Positions 32,416 to 43,160 are shown, counted from the first letter of the stretch. The stretch: 64,000 nucleotides of DNA from an uncultured Phycisphaerales bacterium (GCA_963755915.1 CAVWLP010000002.1:160001-224000); one strand, 5' to 3'. Numbers and translations are program-made. Notes: generated by a model from the letters alone, not told the origin.

Positions 32416-33105
32416 ATGACCGCTGCCCTTTTTCTCGGATTTCTGGCCCTGATGGCAACGGTCGTCGTGTTACTTGTCGACCGCTACCTTAACAGGCGCA
32501 TCGCGATTGGCCTGGCGACTGGCCTCGCCATTTGGTTCATCTACGCCGGCCTGTTGGCATATTTCGGTGTTCTCCATAAGGCCGGGACGCGACCTCCGGG
32601 AATTGCCTTCATTCTCGTCCCCGTCCTCGTATTTCTCATTCTTCTCATCGCGCGATACTCCGTGAATCCGCGCACTGCCGCCTTTCCCCTCTGGATGCTC
32701 CTGGGCATACAATCCTTTCGCATCGGCGTCGAGCTATTCCTGCATCAGCTTTGGATCGACGGCCTCGTTCCCAAAATGCTAACTTTCGAGGGCGCAAACG
32801 TGGACATTTTTATTGGCGCATCAGCACCTTTGGTCGCCTGGTTGTCCACACGCGGGCGAACTGGTTTGAGGATCTCCCTCGCCTGGAACATTCTGGGTCT
32901 TTTCGCACTGACCAACGTCGTAGTTCGCTCCATCCTCACGGCCCCCGGTCCGTTCAACCTGATCCACGCCGAAGTTCCCAACCTGATGATGAGCACATTC
33001 CCGTTTCTGTTCATCCCCGCATTTTTCGTTCCCCTTGCTGTAGTCCTGCACGTGCTCGCAATCCGAGCCATCACCATCCGCAAAAATGTAGCAATATCCA
33101 GATAG
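32416..33105 (+). CDS. Hypothetical integral membrane protein
   Basis: 229 aa with about 6-7 hydrophobic helices; QSFRIGVE and EGANVDI motifs. Confidence 0.75.
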   Translation: MTAALFLGFLALMATVVVLLVDRYLNRRIAIGLATGLAIWFIYAGLLAYFGVLHKAGTRPPGIAFILVPVLVFLILLIARYSVNPRTAAFPLWMLLGIQSFRIGVELFLHQLWIDGLVPKMLTFEGANVDIFIGASAPLVAWLSTRGRTGLRISLAWNILGLFALTNVVVRSILTAPGPFNLIHAEVPNLMMSTFPFLFIPAFFVPLAVVLHVLAIRAITIRKNVAISR

Positions 33106-33151
33106 CCGAACACTTAATCCCGACCCAAAACACGCCCAAACCATAACTCAA

Positions 33152-33202
33152 CCATATCCCCATATCCCCATATCCCCATATCCCCATATCCCCATATCCC
33201 CA
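33152..33202. repeat. Perfect 8-bp tandem repeat (CCATATCC)x6
   Basis: Read directly; six GGGG tracts on the minus strand. Confidence 0.95.
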
Positions 33203-33323
33203 AACATTTTACGCCAAGATACAAAGTTTTCAATCACTAACAAAACTCAAAAAAGTGTTCAGTTTTGTTCAGTTCTGTCCAGTCCCTCCAGTCTCATGTC
33301 CCCACCACCCGATAACTCAATCC

Positions 33324-34262
33324 ATGCCCACGCAAACGCCCACACAATCCTCACTCGCCCAATCCCCACCCGACCAATGGTCCCAATGGCTCCTCCACCG
33401 CCGCCACGGCGGGGACGCCGACTACCAGCAGCGAATGCGAGCCGTCGTCCAATCCTACCGCGACCGCGTTCTCGACGGCACCAACCTCTCCCCCCACCAA
33501 ACTCTCGCCGACATCGGCACCGGCGACGGGCTCCTCGCCTTCGGCGCCATCGACCGCATCGGCCCCTCCCTCAGCGTCATCCTCACCGACATCTCCCAGC
33601 CCCTGCTCGACCACGCCGAGCAACTCGCCATCTCCCGCGGTATCGAATCCCAGTGCACCTTCGTCCCCGGCTCCGCCGACAACCTTGCCGCCATTCCCTC
33701 TGCCTCGGTTAACGTCGTCGTCACCCGCGCCGTCCTCGCCTACGTCCAGGACAAGCCGGCTGCCTTCCGCGAGTTCCATCGCGTCCTCAAATCCGGCGGC
33801 CGCCTCTCCATCTGCGAGCCCATCCTCCAGGACGAAGCCTACGAAGCCCAGGCCTACTCTCAGCTCGTTTATTCCCAACCCAATCATCCCAACATCGAAT
33901 TCCTCAAGCTCGTCCAGCGCTACCGCGCCGCCGCCTTCCCCTCGGCCGACGCCGACATCCTCGCCAGCCCCATCACCAACTTTAACGAGCGCGACCTCTT
34001 CCGCTTCGCCCGCGAGGCCGGCTTCGCCAACATCCACGTCGAGCTCCACATCGACCTTCAGCCGGCCCTGAAAATCACCTGGGAAGGAATGCTCGACGTC
34101 GCCGTCCACCCCTGGGCCCCCACGCTGCGCGAAATCCTCGCCCGCGAATTCTCAAAAGATGAAGCCGCCGACTTCGAGCGAATCTTCCGCCCCATCGTCG
34201 AGAAATCCCAGGCCGAGCAAAAGCAGATCGTCGCCTATCTAACGGCCGACAAGAAAGCCTAA
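33324..34262 (+). CDS. Class I SAM-dependent methyltransferase
   Basis: LADIGTGDG, TDIS, FHRVLKSGG. Confidence 0.88.
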   Translation: MPTQTPTQSSLAQSPPDQWSQWLLHRRHGGDADYQQRMRAVVQSYRDRVLDGTNLSPHQTLADIGTGDGLLAFGAIDRIGPSLSVILTDISQPLLDHAEQLAISRGIESQCTFVPGSADNLAAIPSASVNVVVTRAVLAYVQDKPAAFREFHRVLKSGGRLSICEPILQDEAYEAQAYSQLVYSQPNHPNIEFLKLVQRYRAAAFPSADADILASPITNFNERDLFRFAREAGFANIHVELHIDLQPALKITWEGMLDVAVHPWAPTLREILAREFSKDEAADFERIFRPIVEKSQAEQKQIVAYLTADKKA

Positions 34263-35947
34263 GTCCGAATCGCGATCAGCTTGTGAACGCAGGTCACCGC
34301 CAGCGAACCATCCCCCACGGCAAACCCCACACGCTTGGTCGACCCCGACCGAATATCCCCCGCCGCCAGCACACCGGGAATCGATGTCTCCAGCGGACAA
34401 GGCTGCCTATCCTTCAGCGGCCAAAACCCCGACTGCAGCGCATCCGTCCCTGTCAGGATATACCCCAGCTTGTCCCGCGCCAGTGACTCCGGCAGCCACG
34501 CGCACCCCGGATCCGCCCCAATGAAAACAAACATCGCCGCCAGCGACACCGTCTCCGTCGGCCCATCTTTTTCCTTTCCATCCCCATCCGGATCAAAGTT
34601 CCGCAGCGACACGCTCTCCAGCCGCCGCTCTCCACCCACCGCCGCAACCTCCACCCCTTCGTGAACGACAATGTTTTGCGATGCGCGGATTCGGTTGACG
34701 AGATATGTCGACATCCCCGGCCCCAATCGCCGCCGCACCAGCAGATGCACACGACGGGAAGCGCAGCATTCTGACAGAAACATCGCCGCCTGCCCCGCCG
34801 AATTTCCCGCCCCCACGACGGCCACGTCCAGATTGTCGAAGAGCATCGCCTCCACCGTCGTGCAGGCATGATGAATCCCCGACCCCTCAAACCGCTCCGC
34901 CCCCGGCACGTCGAGCTTTCGCCACGCCACCCCCGCCGCCAGCAGCACCGTACCGGCGCTAATCGCCGTTCCGCAATCCAGTTTCAAAACGTGGCAATCT
35001 TTCGGCGATTTGCTGATTTCGATCTTCTCCACATTTACCGGCGCCGCCATCATCGCCCCGAATTTCAGCATCTGAAGCACGCTGCGCATCGCCAGCTCCG
35101 CGCCGGAAAGCCCGCTGGGGAACCCGATGAAGTTTTCGATTTTCGACGACGACGACGCCTGCCCGCCGGGTCCCAGCCGGTCGATCACCAGCGTAGAAAT
35201 TCCCTCCGACGCCGCATACACCGCCGCCGTCATCCCCGCCGGCCCCGCCCCGATGATCGCCAGGTCCACATGTTTTTCCGGACAATGCCGCCACACGCCC
35301 GCCCCTTGCGCCAGCTCGCGCAAGGTCGGATTCAATAAACGATTTCCCTTGCTGCACTCAATCACCGGCGTCTTCTTCGGCGAGCCCCATTCCTTCATCA
35401 GCCGCTGCCCCTCTTCCGAAGTCGTGTCATACCACGTAAATGGAACGAAATTCTTAAAGAGAAATTCCCGCGCCGTCGTGGTGTCTTTGCATTTACCGGG
35501 TCCCACAACTTTCAGCCCAAGCACCCCCGCCAATGTGAGAAGCCGTCGGCGTTCCTGGGCCGCCGTCAGCAGCTTTTCGCTCAGCCGCGGAACTTTCGTC
35601 AGAATCTCACGCAGCCGGCTGCTGGCAACCCGCATCAGCTTCGTCTTGCCCCGGGCAATCCCCGTCACGACCACCGGCCGGCGGGTAAGCAGGTCGATGT
35701 CCCCCGCAAACTGCCCCGCCGAATGATTCACCACATGCTTGTTGTGGTCGGACGGATTGATGATCTCGATCTGACCCGATTCAACGACGAACAAATCCAG
35801 ATCCGCATCCCCCGCGCGAAAGATCGTTTCCCCATCTTCATATTCGCAGGCTTCCGCCAGCGGCCGCAGATGGTCCAGCTCCGACTTCTCCAGCTTCGGA
35901 AACGCGATGGGATTTGACGCCGGGGTAGATATATCTGTATCAGACAT
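34259..35947 (-). CDS. Cyclic-nucleotide-binding domain fused to a thioredoxin-reductase-like FAD oxidoreductase
   Basis: IFRAGD...VVESG cNMP fold; GAGPAG, IENFIGFP, GAGNSAGQAA, AAGDIRSGSTKRV. Confidence 0.9.
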   Translation of the reverse strand: MSDTDISTPASNPIAFPKLEKSELDHLRPLAEACEYEDGETIFRAGDADLDLFVVESGQIEIINPSDHNKHVVNHSAGQFAGDIDLLTRRPVVVTGIARGKTKLMRVASSRLREILTKVPRLSEKLLTAAQERRRLLTLAGVLGLKVVGPGKCKDTTTAREFLFKNFVPFTWYDTTSEEGQRLMKEWGSPKKTPVIECSKGNRLLNPTLRELAQGAGVWRHCPEKHVDLAIIGAGPAGMTAAVYAASEGISTLVIDRLGPGGQASSSSKIENFIGFPSGLSGAELAMRSVLQMLKFGAMMAAPVNVEKIEISKSPKDCHVLKLDCGTAISAGTVLLAAGVAWRKLDVPGAERFEGSGIHHACTTVEAMLFDNLDVAVVGAGNSAGQAAMFLSECCASRRVHLLVRRRLGPGMSTYLVNRIRASQNIVVHEGVEVAAVGGERRLESVSLRNFDPDGDGKEKDGPTETVSLAAMFVFIGADPGCAWLPESLARDKLGYILTGTDALQSGFWPLKDRQPCPLETSIPGVLAAGDIRSGSTKRVGFAVGDGSLAVTCVHKLIAIRT

Positions 35948-36013
35948 GCCCGTATTCTATCCCCGCTCATGACGGTTGGCTTCGCCAGGGCTATGATTCC
36001 GACGGAAGTCAGC

Positions 36014-36580
36014 ATGACCACCCGTATCCACACATCGATGAATCCCCCTTCGCCCCTGCTGGATCCCGTGACCGACCAGGACCACGCCATCGGCCCAGCC
36101 GATGCGCCCATAACGATTGTCGAATATGGCGATTACGAATGCCCCGACTGTCTGAATTTCGTCCCCATCGCCAGGGAGATTTATCGCGCCATGGGCGGCA
36201 AGCTGCGGTTCGTATTCCGGCATTTTCCGCGCAACTCGATCCACCCCCACGCCAGCGCCGCCGCCGAGGTCGCCGAGGCTGCCGGCGAGCAGGGAAAATT
36301 CTGGGAAATGCACGAGGCGCTTTTTCACCACCAGAAGGAGCTTTCGACGATCGATTTTAGCCACCTGGCGTTAACCCTTGGGCTGGAGATCTACCAGTTC
36401 GAAACCAGCCGCGAGCAGGAAAAACATCGCCGGCGGGTCCATTTCGACTATGAAAGCGGGGTCCGCAACGAGGTGACGGGCACACCGACCCTGTTTATCA
36501 ACGGCCGAAAATACACGGGTCCGCTCGACGCCGCCGCCATCATCGCCGCTTCCCAGGCCGCCCCCAGCCATCCCGCCTGA
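36014..36580 (+). CDS. DsbA/thioredoxin-fold protein
   Basis: EYGDYECPDC, FRHFP, GTPTLFING. Confidence 0.9.
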   Translation: MTTRIHTSMNPPSPLLDPVTDQDHAIGPADAPITIVEYGDYECPDCLNFVPIAREIYRAMGGKLRFVFRHFPRNSIHPHASAAAEVAEAAGEQGKFWEMHEALFHHQKELSTIDFSHLALTLGLEIYQFETSREQEKHRRRVHFDYESGVRNEVTGTPTLFINGRKYTGPLDAAAIIAASQAAPSHPA

Positions 36581-36708
36581 ATTTTGCCCATTCACGAAGA
36601 TTTCGCGTTTGCCTAGAATTGCCGTCTGCGTCCGGGCGTAACCTGTTGGAAAGTCACCTCGGCCGGCGTCGCGGCTCAGTATTCCTGGTTCGGGAGAGCA
36701 AAATTAAC

Positions 36709-38767
36709 GTGAAGGAAAAATCGACATCCACCCACGGAGTGTCGGCCGATTCAACCGGCCTGCTGGCACTGGTCCACGCCAAAGACTGGTCGCTTACGCC
36801 GCTGGGAAAAATGGACCGCTGGCCGGAGGCACTTCGCGTCGCCGCGGACATTTGCCTTAACTCGCGTTTCCCCATGTTCATCTGGTGGGGACCCGACCTG
36901 ATCAACATTTACAACGACGCCTACGCCCTGATGCTCGGCCAGCGCCATCCGGCGGCCCTGGGCAAATCCGCCAAGGAAATCTGGGAAGAAATCTGGTCCA
37001 TCGTCGGACCGCAAACCCAAATCGTCTTTGAGCAGGACAAGGCGACCTGGAACGACCGCGTGAAGCTGGTGCTGGAGAGAAACGGATACCCCGAAGAGGC
37101 GTATTTCACCTTTTCCTACAGCCCGATCCACGAGGGAAATCGCGTCGGCGGGCTCTTCTGCGCGGTCAGCGAGGAAACGCGTCGCATTTTCGATGAAGCC
37201 GCCCGCGGCCGCCTCGCCGCCATCGTGGAGTCTTCCGACGACGCCATCATCAGCAAAACCCTCGACGGTGTCATCCGTTCCTGGAACGCCGGGGCGCAGC
37301 GCATTTTCGGCTACACCGCCGAGGAGGCGATTGGAAAGTCGATCCTTATGCTTCTCCCCGAAGATCGCAAAAATGAAGAAGCGGGAATCCTCGCCCGGCT
37401 TCGCCGCGGCGAGCGCATCGATCATTTTGAAAGCATTCGGCTCACCAAAGATGGAAGGCTGATCGATGTTTCTCTCACCATTTCTCCCGTCAAAGACGAG
37501 GGCGGGCGGATTGTCGGCGCGTCGAAGGTCGCCCGTGACATCACGGAAAAGAAGGTTATCACCGCTGAAAAAGACCGGCTGCTCGAAAGCGAGCGCGTGG
37601 CCCGCGGCGAGGCGGAGCGGCAGGGGCGCCTCAAGGACGAGTTCGTCAGCACGCTCTCGCACGAGTTGCGCACGCCGCTCAACGCGATCATGGGATATGC
37701 CCACATTCTGAGGCGCGATCCTTCCCTGAGCCCCGACGCGATCGAGGGAGTGGGCGTGATCGAACGTAATGCCCGGGTGCAGGCGCAGATCGTCGAGGAC
37801 ATCCTCGATGTCAGCCGGATCGTCAGCGGAAAAATGCGCCTCGACGTTCAGCCGGTGAATCTCCACGCCGTGATCGAGTCGGCAATGGAGACGTGCACGC
37901 CGGCGGCGGATGCGAAAGGCATCCGCCTCGCCAAACTGCTCGACCCCCTGGCCGGCCCCGTCAGCGGCGACCCGGCGCGCCTCCAGCAGTGCATCTGGAA
38001 TCTCGTCTCCAACTCCATCAAATTCTCCTCCCGCGGCGGACGCGTCCAGGTCGTCCTCCAGCGCGTTAACTCGCATATCGAAATCGTCGTCAGCGACACT
38101 GGCCAGGGCATCAAGCCGGAATTTCTGCCCTATGTATTCGACCGCTTCCGCCAGGGAGACGCTTCGACCACCCGTCAGGCCAGCGGACTTGGGCTCGGCC
38201 TTTCCATCGTCAAATCCCTGGTGGAAATGCACGGCGGAACCATCGGAGCCAAAAGTGAAGGCGAAAATCGTGGCGCCACCTTCATCATCTCATTGCCCCT
38301 CTCGCTTGCACACACACCCGATACCGACGAGCAGCGGGATCATCCCCGCGCGGCGCGAGCCGCTGGCGCATTTTCAGCCCCTCTCGCTCAAGGGCCTCAC
38401 GGTCCTGGCCGTCGACGATGAGGCCGATGCCCGCGACCTGATGCGCCGCCTCCTGGAAGAATGCGGCGCAAGCGTGGTAATCGCGGGCTCGGCCAAAGAG
38501 GCGCTGGCAGCGCTGGACAAACACTCGGTGAACCTTCTCATCAGCGACATCGGCATGCCCGGCGAAGACGGCTATGAGCTGGTCCGAAAAATCCGCCGCC
38601 GCCCGCCGGAAAGCGGCGGAAAGGTTCCCGCGATCGCCCTCACCGCCTACGCCCGCAGCGAAGACCGCACCCGCGCGATGCTCGCGGGGTTTGTGGGGCA
38701 TGTGTCCAAGCCGGTCGAGCCGGCGGAATTGATCGCGACAGTGGCGTCGCTGGCGACGAGAGGGTGA
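36709..38767 (+). CDS. Hybrid PAS sensor histidine kinase/receiver, frameshift near 38370
   Basis: Two PAS regions; SHELRTPLN H-box; N, G1, F and G2 boxes; receiver VDDE, SDIGMP, KP. Confidence 0.92.
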
Positions 38768-38938
38768 GCGGCGGCTGGAGGCCGCCGGGCGGTACGCCGC
38801 TATGCTTAGGCCGGAGGCCGCTGCATTTTGGGCGGGGGGCATTGAATACAAAACTTTACACCCCGCAACAAACTTGGGGTGTTTGGGCGGGCCGAATTCC
38901 TCGCTCGACTCAGAGCATTCATATGTTAAAATCCACGC

Positions 38939-39202
38939 ATGGCCACAAGCCGCGATCTAGTCCGCGAAGTGGAGGGGCAGTGGGATGAGTTGATTCGTCA
39001 CCTGGGGCAGTTTGCCGGCCAGCGCGTGCGGGTGACGGTGCTCTCCGACGAAAAAACGGTCGGCTCATCCATGCCGGCGGAAATCCGCCGCTGGCTGGCC
39101 GAAGGGGACGCATTGGAGATCGCGCCACCTGGCAATGGCAGGCCCAATGCCTTTGGGGATAGCCTGATGGAAAACTACCGCAGGGAGGGATTGCTACTTT
39201 AA
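38939..39202 (+). CDS. Small hypothetical protein (possible orphan antitoxin-like)
   Basis: 87 aa; EGQWDEL...AGQRVRVTVL. Confidence 0.5.
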   Translation: MATSRDLVREVEGQWDELIRHLGQFAGQRVRVTVLSDEKTVGSSMPAEIRRWLAEGDALEIAPPGNGRPNAFGDSLMENYRREGLLL

Positions 39203-39247
39203 TGAAGTTTGATCGCGTTATAAATGAAGGCCGATAAGGGAAAAGCG

Positions 39248-39526
39248 ATGCAACAGGTCCAACTCAACGATGAGCTTTACAAGGACGTCCAACGCCGGGC
39301 GATGGAAGCTGGGTTCGCGTCGGTTGACGAATACATCGCCGACGTTTTGAGCTACGATCTTCACGAAGGAACTGAAAACCTCGACCATCTATTCACGCCG
39401 CAGCGGCTTGCCCACATCGACAAGGCTGAAGCGGAGATCAACGCCGGGAACTTCTACACGGCAGAGCAAGCCGACGCGGAGCTCGCCAAGCGCAGGGCGG
39501 AATGGCTTCGAAAAAATTCCCGCTGA
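39248..39526 (+). CDS. Putative type II antitoxin
   Basis: Acidic 92-aa protein with an RHH-like N-terminus overlapping the toxin gene. Confidence 0.65.
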   Translation: MQQVQLNDELYKDVQRRAMEAGFASVDEYIADVLSYDLHEGTENLDHLFTPQRLAHIDKAEAEINAGNFYTAEQADAELAKRRAEWLRKNSR

Positions 39527-39840
39527 CGGTCATTCGCTCGCCGGCAGCGATCGACGAGCTCGACCAAGTTTGGCGATGGAACGCCGAACATTACAGCGTA
39601 CCGCATGCCGACGCGTATCTTCGGTTTCTACAGGAAAGCATCGCTGGGCTGGCCAGCAGTTACGCCAGAGGCAAGGCCGTGAGCACCCGTCCCGACTTGC
39701 ATTACTTCGTTATCAGGCGCACAAAAAGGGGGCATGGCCATGTGGCGGTCTATAACTTTAATGATGCCGAGGTCCATATTCTGCACGTCTTTCACACAGC
39801 TCAGGATTGGCAGACAAAGCTATTCGAAGAAAAGCCGTAG
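39502..39840 (+). CDS. RelE/ParE-family toxin
   Basis: SPAAIDELDQVW..., HVAVY...VHILHVFHTAQDW. Confidence 0.8.
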   Translation: MASKKFPLTVIRSPAAIDELDQVWRWNAEHYSVPHADAYLRFLQESIAGLASSYARGKAVSTRPDLHYFVIRRTKRGHGHVAVYNFNDAEVHILHVFHTAQDWQTKLFEEKP

Positions 39841-39969
39841 GGAATTTCCTGCCCCCAAATGCCGACGTTGTATGCTCAACGAATCGGCCGCAATGTGCTA
39901 CCCCTGAGTACACGGGTTCCCTTCTCCGACGGGTCCACTCGGAGACGCCCCGCGGCGGGAAGCTGGATC

Positions 39970-41310
39970 TTACTTCTTATCAATCACAAACTTCTTCACC
40001 GAGTAATCGTTGCGGAAGCAGGCATAGATATTGTTCTGATCATCCACGGCCAATCCGAAGACGACGTTGTTGCCGCCGAAGTTGTCCAAGGGGTTGCCGT
40101 CGGTGTTGAAGACGCGGATGGCGGGGTCGGAGGCGGATTCGTAGACGCGGGCGTTACCGTCGACCGCCAGGCCCTCGGGGGCGACCACGAAGCCTTTGTC
40201 CAGATCATCCGTCGGGCCGAAGCGGTTGATGTACCGGCCATCGGAGGCGAATTTGAAGATTCCTTTGGAACGATCCAGGGCGAAGATCTCGCCGGTCGGG
40301 AGGACGGCAATGCGCTCCAGGTCCAGGTCTTCGCCGACTTTTCCGCTGGCGCTGAAGGCGCTTTTGATGCGCAGGTCCGGGCCGATGTCGACGATTTGGG
40401 AATCGGAGGTGACGGCCCAGATGTCGCCGGTGAGGGCGACGCAGCAGTCCATATAGTTTTCCTGGTCGCCGTTGAAATCGGACTCGGCGTTGCCCTGCGG
40501 CATGCCGGTCTCGCCGTCGTAGCGGATGATGTTGAAGGGCACGACCGCATAGACCGACCCGTGCCGATCGGCGGCGAGGCCCATGAGGCTCTTATCCTTG
40601 CCGATGGTCCATTCGAACAGGAATTTGCCCTGCGGGTCGAAGGCCTGGACGCGGCCATCGGAATATTCGCCGACGTAAATGCGGCCGTCGGGGGAGACGG
40701 CAATGGTGCGGGAATCCTTGAACTGGCCCGGGCCGATTCCTTCGGAGCCGAATTCGAGCACCTGATGCGCGTATGCCGGCGCGGCCGGCGCCGCGGGGAG
40801 AAGATCGGGAATGCCGGTGGGAATGGGGATCGTCGCGGTCGCGGTCTGGGATAGCGGAACCTGAGTGTGCAACGAGAAAAACAGGATGGCCAACACGAAC
40901 AGGATGATTCCGAAAGTGGAGGCCAGCGCGAGCCGGACGGTGCGGGTGACAGTCTTCGTCACGCCAGCGGGATCGAAGGGGCGGCTGATCCTGGGAGGGG
41001 GAATATCGCGCCCCTCGGCGAGGGCTTCGACGGCGGCTTTGGCATCGGCCAGGCCGACGCCGTGCATTTCGCGGTAGATTTTGATGGCGGCGATCTTGTT
41101 GCCGTTGCGGACCAGCTGGGCGACTTTCATCAGGTCGATTGGGCTTCCGGAGCTGGAGCCGAAGTTGATGGATATGCCGGGCGATCTTTGGTCGGCCGGG
41201 TCGGAGAGCATGACGATGGTGTTGCAATAGGGGCAGCGCATGGTCGGCCCACCGCCGGCGGGATATTCCAGCGGCGCGGAGCAGGACGGGCATTTGAGGG
41301 CTTCGGGCAT
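39970..41310 (-). CDS. Membrane protein: zinc ribbon, L7/L12-CTD-like motif, TM helix, NHL-repeat propeller
   Basis: CPSC...CPYC; NKIAAIKIYRE..GVGLADAKAAVEAL; TM; FGSEGIGPGQF NHL repeats. Confidence 0.78.
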   Translation of the reverse strand: MPEALKCPSCSAPLEYPAGGGPTMRCPYCNTIVMLSDPADQRSPGISINFGSSSGSPIDLMKVAQLVRNGNKIAAIKIYREMHGVGLADAKAAVEALAEGRDIPPPRISRPFDPAGVTKTVTRTVRLALASTFGIILFVLAILFFSLHTQVPLSQTATATIPIPTGIPDLLPAAPAAPAYAHQVLEFGSEGIGPGQFKDSRTIAVSPDGRIYVGEYSDGRVQAFDPQGKFLFEWTIGKDKSLMGLAADRHGSVYAVVPFNIIRYDGETGMPQGNAESDFNGDQENYMDCCVALTGDIWAVTSDSQIVDIGPDLRIKSAFSASGKVGEDLDLERIAVLPTGEIFALDRSKGIFKFASDGRYINRFGPTDDLDKGFVVAPEGLAVDGNARVYESASDPAIRVFNTDGNPLDNFGGNNVVFGLAVDDQNNIYACFRNDYSVKKFVIDKK

Positions 41311-41454
41311 GAGATTTCTCCGCGGATGCCGGGGGATCCGAAATCAGCTCCAGGTGCGAGAATCGTAGCCGATGGCGAGGGGGAAGGAAAAGCGTTCACG
41401 CTGCGAGGGCTTTATAAACCGGGGGCTTTATAATCCCGCCCGCACGGGAGGATA

Positions 41455-42609
41455 ATGTCGGAAAACACTGTCGCGAAAACGGCGTTTCGATTTGTGCTGA
41501 TCCTGGGGATCGTGAATCTGTTTGCGGATATGACCTATGAAGGCGGCCGCGGGATCGCCGGACCGTTTCTGGGGTCGCTGGGGGCGAGCGCGGCGGTTGT
41601 GGGATTCGTCGCGGGGTTTGGGGAATTGATCGGGTTTGGATTGCGATCGGTAACGGGATACCTCGGCGACAAATCGCATCGGTATTGGCTGATGATTTTC
41701 ATCGGGTATGGGGTGAACATGCTGGCGGTGCCGGCGCTGGCGCTGGCGGGAAATTGGCCGCTGGCGGCGGCGCTTCTCATAGCCGAGCGGACGGGGAAGT
41801 CGATTCGAAAACCAAACGTCGAGGCGATGCTCTCCCATGCGGCAAAGACGCTGGGCAACGGGTGGGTGTTTGGATTGAACGAAGCGCTGGACCAGACGGG
41901 GGCGACGCTTGGGCCGTTGATCACGGCGCTGGTGCTCTATCTGCGCGGCGGATACCACCACGCGTTCGCGGCGCTGCTGGTTTCGGCGCTGCTTTGTCTG
42001 GCGACGCTGACGGTTGCGCGGCTGACATATCCGCGGCCGCATGAACCGGAGGAACGCGAGCCGCATATGCCCAGCGCGGCGGGGATGCCGCGGGCGTATT
42101 GGAAATATCTGGTCGCGGGGATGCTGATCGCCGCGGGTTTTTCCGACTTTTCGCTGGCGGCGTTTCGTTTTCGGCAGTCGGGGACGGTGAGCGAAGCCAT
42201 CATCCCGGTTTTTTATGCGGCCGCCATGGCAACGGGGGCGATTTCGGCGCTGATTTTCGGCTGGCTGCTGGACCGCGTGGGGAGGCGGGTGCTGGTGGTG
42301 GCGTTTGTGATTCCGGCGCTGGTGGCGCCGCTGGTTTTTATGGGGGGGTTTGCCGCGGCGCTGGTGGGCGTCATCGGCTGGGGGATTGGGATTGGGGCGC
42401 AGGATACGCTTCTGAAGGCCGTGCTGGTGAAGATCATCGGGCGGGAAAAACGTGCCACCGCTTTCGGAGTGTTCGATACGGCATTCGGGATCGCGTGGTT
42501 CGCGGGGAGCGCGACGATGGGGTTGCTTTATGATTATTCGATCACCGGGCTGGTGGTGTTTTCGGTGGTGCTGCAATTGGCGGCGCTGCCGGTGATGCTT
42601 TTGGCGTGA
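41455..42609 (+). CDS. MFS transporter
   Basis: About 12 TM helices; GYLGDK, ERTGKSIR, GWLLDRVGRR. Confidence 0.92.
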   Translation: MSENTVAKTAFRFVLILGIVNLFADMTYEGGRGIAGPFLGSLGASAAVVGFVAGFGELIGFGLRSVTGYLGDKSHRYWLMIFIGYGVNMLAVPALALAGNWPLAAALLIAERTGKSIRKPNVEAMLSHAAKTLGNGWVFGLNEALDQTGATLGPLITALVLYLRGGYHHAFAALLVSALLCLATLTVARLTYPRPHEPEEREPHMPSAAGMPRAYWKYLVAGMLIAAGFSDFSLAAFRFRQSGTVSEAIIPVFYAAAMATGAISALIFGWLLDRVGRRVLVVAFVIPALVAPLVFMGGFAAALVGVIGWGIGIGAQDTLLKAVLVKIIGREKRATAFGVFDTAFGIAWFAGSATMGLLYDYSITGLVVFSVVLQLAALPVMLLA

Positions 42610-42659
42610 GAGGAAGTGCTCTGATGACTCTCAACTCTGGGCAAATACACCTTGCATCG

Positions 42660-43160
42660 CTACTCAAGCAACTGCGAATCCGATTCATTCACCCGGGGTT
42701 GCACACCATAGCTGTCGATCAGCCTGGCGCACGTATTCCATCGAAGCAGCGCATCATCATTGCCCGGCGGGCGAATTGCCGCCGCTTCATCGTAAAATCG
42801 CATGGCGATCGATAAGTAATCGTGGGCAAGAAAAGCCGACTGCGGAGAATCTTGATCCAAAATCGCTTTGGCGCGTCGCTCGGCCACGATGCCGGCGTAA
42901 TACTTCCGCGCGTATTCACTGTGCAGGCGGGCGATCACTTCGTCCGGATGCATTTTGCTGAGTTTGTACCCCTGCCCAAACTGGTCGGTTATCGCCAAAA
43001 GCAAAGTCACCAGCGCCAACTGATCCTGGGGATCAACTTCCAGAATATCGAGGCAGATGCTTTCGGCCAGCATCGGTTCATTCAACAGGCGGTACCGCTC
43101 GGCTCTTTCCTGTGCCCGCGGAATTGCCTCTTTGGAGAGCCTTTTGAGAGGTATTGGCAT
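42660..43160 (-). CDS. Hypothetical helical (TPR-like) protein at the end of the sdh operon
   Basis: 166 aa, 12 bp downstream of sdhB; AERYRLLNEP..AESIC, LRWNTCAR. Confidence 0.7.
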   Translation of the reverse strand: MPIPLKRLSKEAIPRAQERAERYRLLNEPMLAESICLDILEVDPQDQLALVTLLLAITDQFGQGYKLSKMHPDEVIARLHSEYARKYYAGIVAERRAKAILDQDSPQSAFLAHDYLSIAMRFYDEAAAIRPPGNDDALLRWNTCARLIDSYGVQPRVNESDSQLLE

